Source: Promethearchaeota archaeon
Lineage (GTDB): Archaea > Asgardarchaeota > Lokiarchaeia > Sigyniarchaeales > SOKP01
Direction: 5' to 3'
Assembly (NCBI GenBank): GCA_048940925.1
Contig: JBHLOC010000006.1
Coordinates: forward strand, 32,001 to 96,000
Length of the DNA: 64,000 bases
The notes below the pieces were generated by a model, which saw only the letters and a list, made by a program, of their open reading frames with translations, was not told the DNA's origin and ran no database searches. Shown one piece after another: positions 62,113 to 64,000 of the stretch; position 1 is the stretch's first letter; the number at the start of each line of letters is the position of its first letter. Made by a program: the position numbers and the translations under genes.

Positions 62113-62952
62113 ATGAAAAATTTGGAGAGACTAAAAGAGATTAGACAAAAGGGTGTTGAGACTGCTAATATAGAAGATATTCCTATTGTGTTTCAAGTAA
62201 TCTGTGAATTTATCAATACCAATTCAGAAGCTCAGAAGCTTCTTGAAGATTATCGGTTATCTATGCAGGTAAAAATAAAAGATACCAAACCGTATTACAT
62301 AGTTATAGAAAATAAAAATGCTAATTTTAATGAGGGGACTTTAAAAAATCCTGATTTCGTGATAATATCAGATTTAAATACAATTTCAAAATTATTGCTT
62401 GGTCATTTAGATCCATTAGAAGCCTATTTCTCGGAAATTCTTTCTATCAATGGGGATTTATTTAAGGTGGTTTTGTTTATGGAAGTTTTAGAATTAGCTT
62501 TTAAAATATTAGAAATCGGAGAGGATACAGAAGATACAAATTTAGTCAATACAAGTTCAATGAAACGTCTTATAGAAGTGTATTTACATGGATCACCAGT
62601 TGAAGCCTCCCAAGTACCACTTTTCTTGGAAATCTTAACTATTTTTGTTAATTCTAATCCTGAAGCTAGAGATATTATTTCAGGAGAAGATTTAACCATT
62701 CAAATTAAAATTACTGACTTAGAAAATTATTTAATCCGAATTAATGAAAATAGAATGCAATGGTCCAAAGAAACAGTTCCCAATCCTAATCTAATATTAG
62801 AAATGAGTCTTGAAACCTCTGTTGAAGTACTACTTAATGGTGATCCTGTGTCTGCCTACATGGCTGGAAAAATAATCATAGAGGGATATATCGTTAAAGC
62901 GTTAGTCCTTCAAAGTCTAATTGACCTATTTTTGGAATTTATTAACTTATAA
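62113..62952 (+). CDS. Tandem SCP2-domain protein
   Basis: Two repeats: EFINTNSEAQ...DPLEAYFSEILSINGD and IFVNSNPEAR...DPVSAYMAGKIIIEG. Confidence 0.8.
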   Translation: MKNLERLKEIRQKGVETANIEDIPIVFQVICEFINTNSEAQKLLEDYRLSMQVKIKDTKPYYIVIENKNANFNEGTLKNPDFVIISDLNTISKLLLGHLDPLEAYFSEILSINGDLFKVVLFMEVLELAFKILEIGEDTEDTNLVNTSSMKRLIEVYLHGSPVEASQVPLFLEILTIFVNSNPEARDIISGEDLTIQIKITDLENYLIRINENRMQWSKETVPNPNLILEMSLETSVEVLLNGDPVSAYMAGKIIIEGYIVKALVLQSLIDLFLEFINL

Positions 62953-62983
62953 ACATAATAAATAACAGATACTCAATTAATAA

Positions 62984-63886
62984 ATGAGTAATAAAAAAAT
63001 TCCAGTTATTCTAGATACTGATATAGGTTTCGATATTGATGATACATGGGCTCTCGGGTTATTATTAAAATGCCCAGAATTAGATGTAAAACTAATAACA
63101 ACAGTATCTCATGATACTCATATTAAGGCTAGAATAGTTGCTAAATTTCTTGAATGTGCAAATCGGACAGACATTCCAATAGGAATTGGACCTCAAAAGA
63201 ATAGTAATAAAGGATCATTATATAACTGGGTAAAAAACTATGATTTATCAAACTATCCTGGAATTATCTACAAAGATGGGATTGAAGCAATCAGTTCTAC
63301 AATAGAAGACTCTAATGGTTTTATAAGCCTCATTGCTATTGGTCCCTTAGGAAATATTGCTGAAGCACTTAAATTAAACAGTAAAATTATTGAAAATCCT
63401 TGTTTTATAGGAATGCACGGCAGTATATTTATTGGATATAAAGGAAGGCCTATACCTACGGTGGAATACAATGTTTTTAGCGATTTTACTGCATGTAGAA
63501 AGGTTTTTCAAGCTCCATGGAAAAAAACAATAACACCTTTAGATACATGTGGAAAGATTGTGTTATCTGGCGATAATTATACGCATATAATGGATTGTGA
63601 TAATCTTGTAGTAAATGTAATAAAAGAATGCTTTGAAATATGGGCTGAAAAAACAGGGCTTAGAAGGTTAATAAATAAGGATCATAAAACTTCAGTTCTA
63701 TTTGATACTGTTGCTATATATCTTGCTCTTTCTGAAGATTTAGTTAACATTGAAGATTTAAAATTAGAAGTTTCTGAAACTGGTTTTACTATAATAAGCA
63801 ATGATGGAAATATGATAAGAGGTGCAACTTCTTGGAAAGATCTCCCAGCTTTTAAAAAATTTATCGTTAATCGTTTAATTAATTAA
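62984..63886 (+). CDS. Inosine/uridine-preferring nucleoside hydrolase
   Basis: ILDTDIGFDIDD, IGPLGNIA, EYN, LFD. Confidence 0.9.
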   Translation: MSNKKIPVILDTDIGFDIDDTWALGLLLKCPELDVKLITTVSHDTHIKARIVAKFLECANRTDIPIGIGPQKNSNKGSLYNWVKNYDLSNYPGIIYKDGIEAISSTIEDSNGFISLIAIGPLGNIAEALKLNSKIIENPCFIGMHGSIFIGYKGRPIPTVEYNVFSDFTACRKVFQAPWKKTITPLDTCGKIVLSGDNYTHIMDCDNLVVNVIKECFEIWAEKTGLRRLINKDHKTSVLFDTVAIYLALSEDLVNIEDLKLEVSETGFTIISNDGNMIRGATSWKDLPAFKKFIVNRLIN

Positions 63887-64000
63887 AAATTTATCTGTAA
63901 ATTAAATATATGAAAATTGAATTCAAATTGTATAGAGAAAACCAAAAATTGGAATTGTAAGAATGTTAAAAATATTCGAAATTTTTAAAATTATAATTTG

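Overview
Very AT-rich, gene-dense archaeal chromosomal window. An Asgard origin (Lokiarchaeia-like) is inferred from the archaeal ether-lipid operon, methanopterin/F420 genes, GGTGA Shine-Dalgarno sites and a eukaryote-like ubiquitin system. Main results: (1) An AIR-synthase-superfamily gene (33623-35032) that looks split actually carries a 30-nt stop-containing insert (34095-34124). The insert folds into a canonical bulge-helix-bulge (BHB), and excision at the canonical positions gives GFHVTRAALRD, so it is a candidate tRNA-endonuclease-type intron in an mRNA. (2) A complete Ubl-E1-E2-JAMM-membrane RING operon (7905-14453) has two modifiers ending in ...IPASTAG rather than GG, plus a membrane-anchored non-conjugatable Ubl. 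(3) Several genes appear to start at ATT. The window also holds ftsZ, F420/riboflavin and methanopterin clusters, a decayed accessory segment between two copies of the AIR-synthase-like 5' end, a PadR-HAAS pair with a palindromic operator, and two orphan adenine methyltransferases. No rRNA, tRNA, CRISPR array or transposase was recognised. All family calls come from motif recognition by eye, with no database search.
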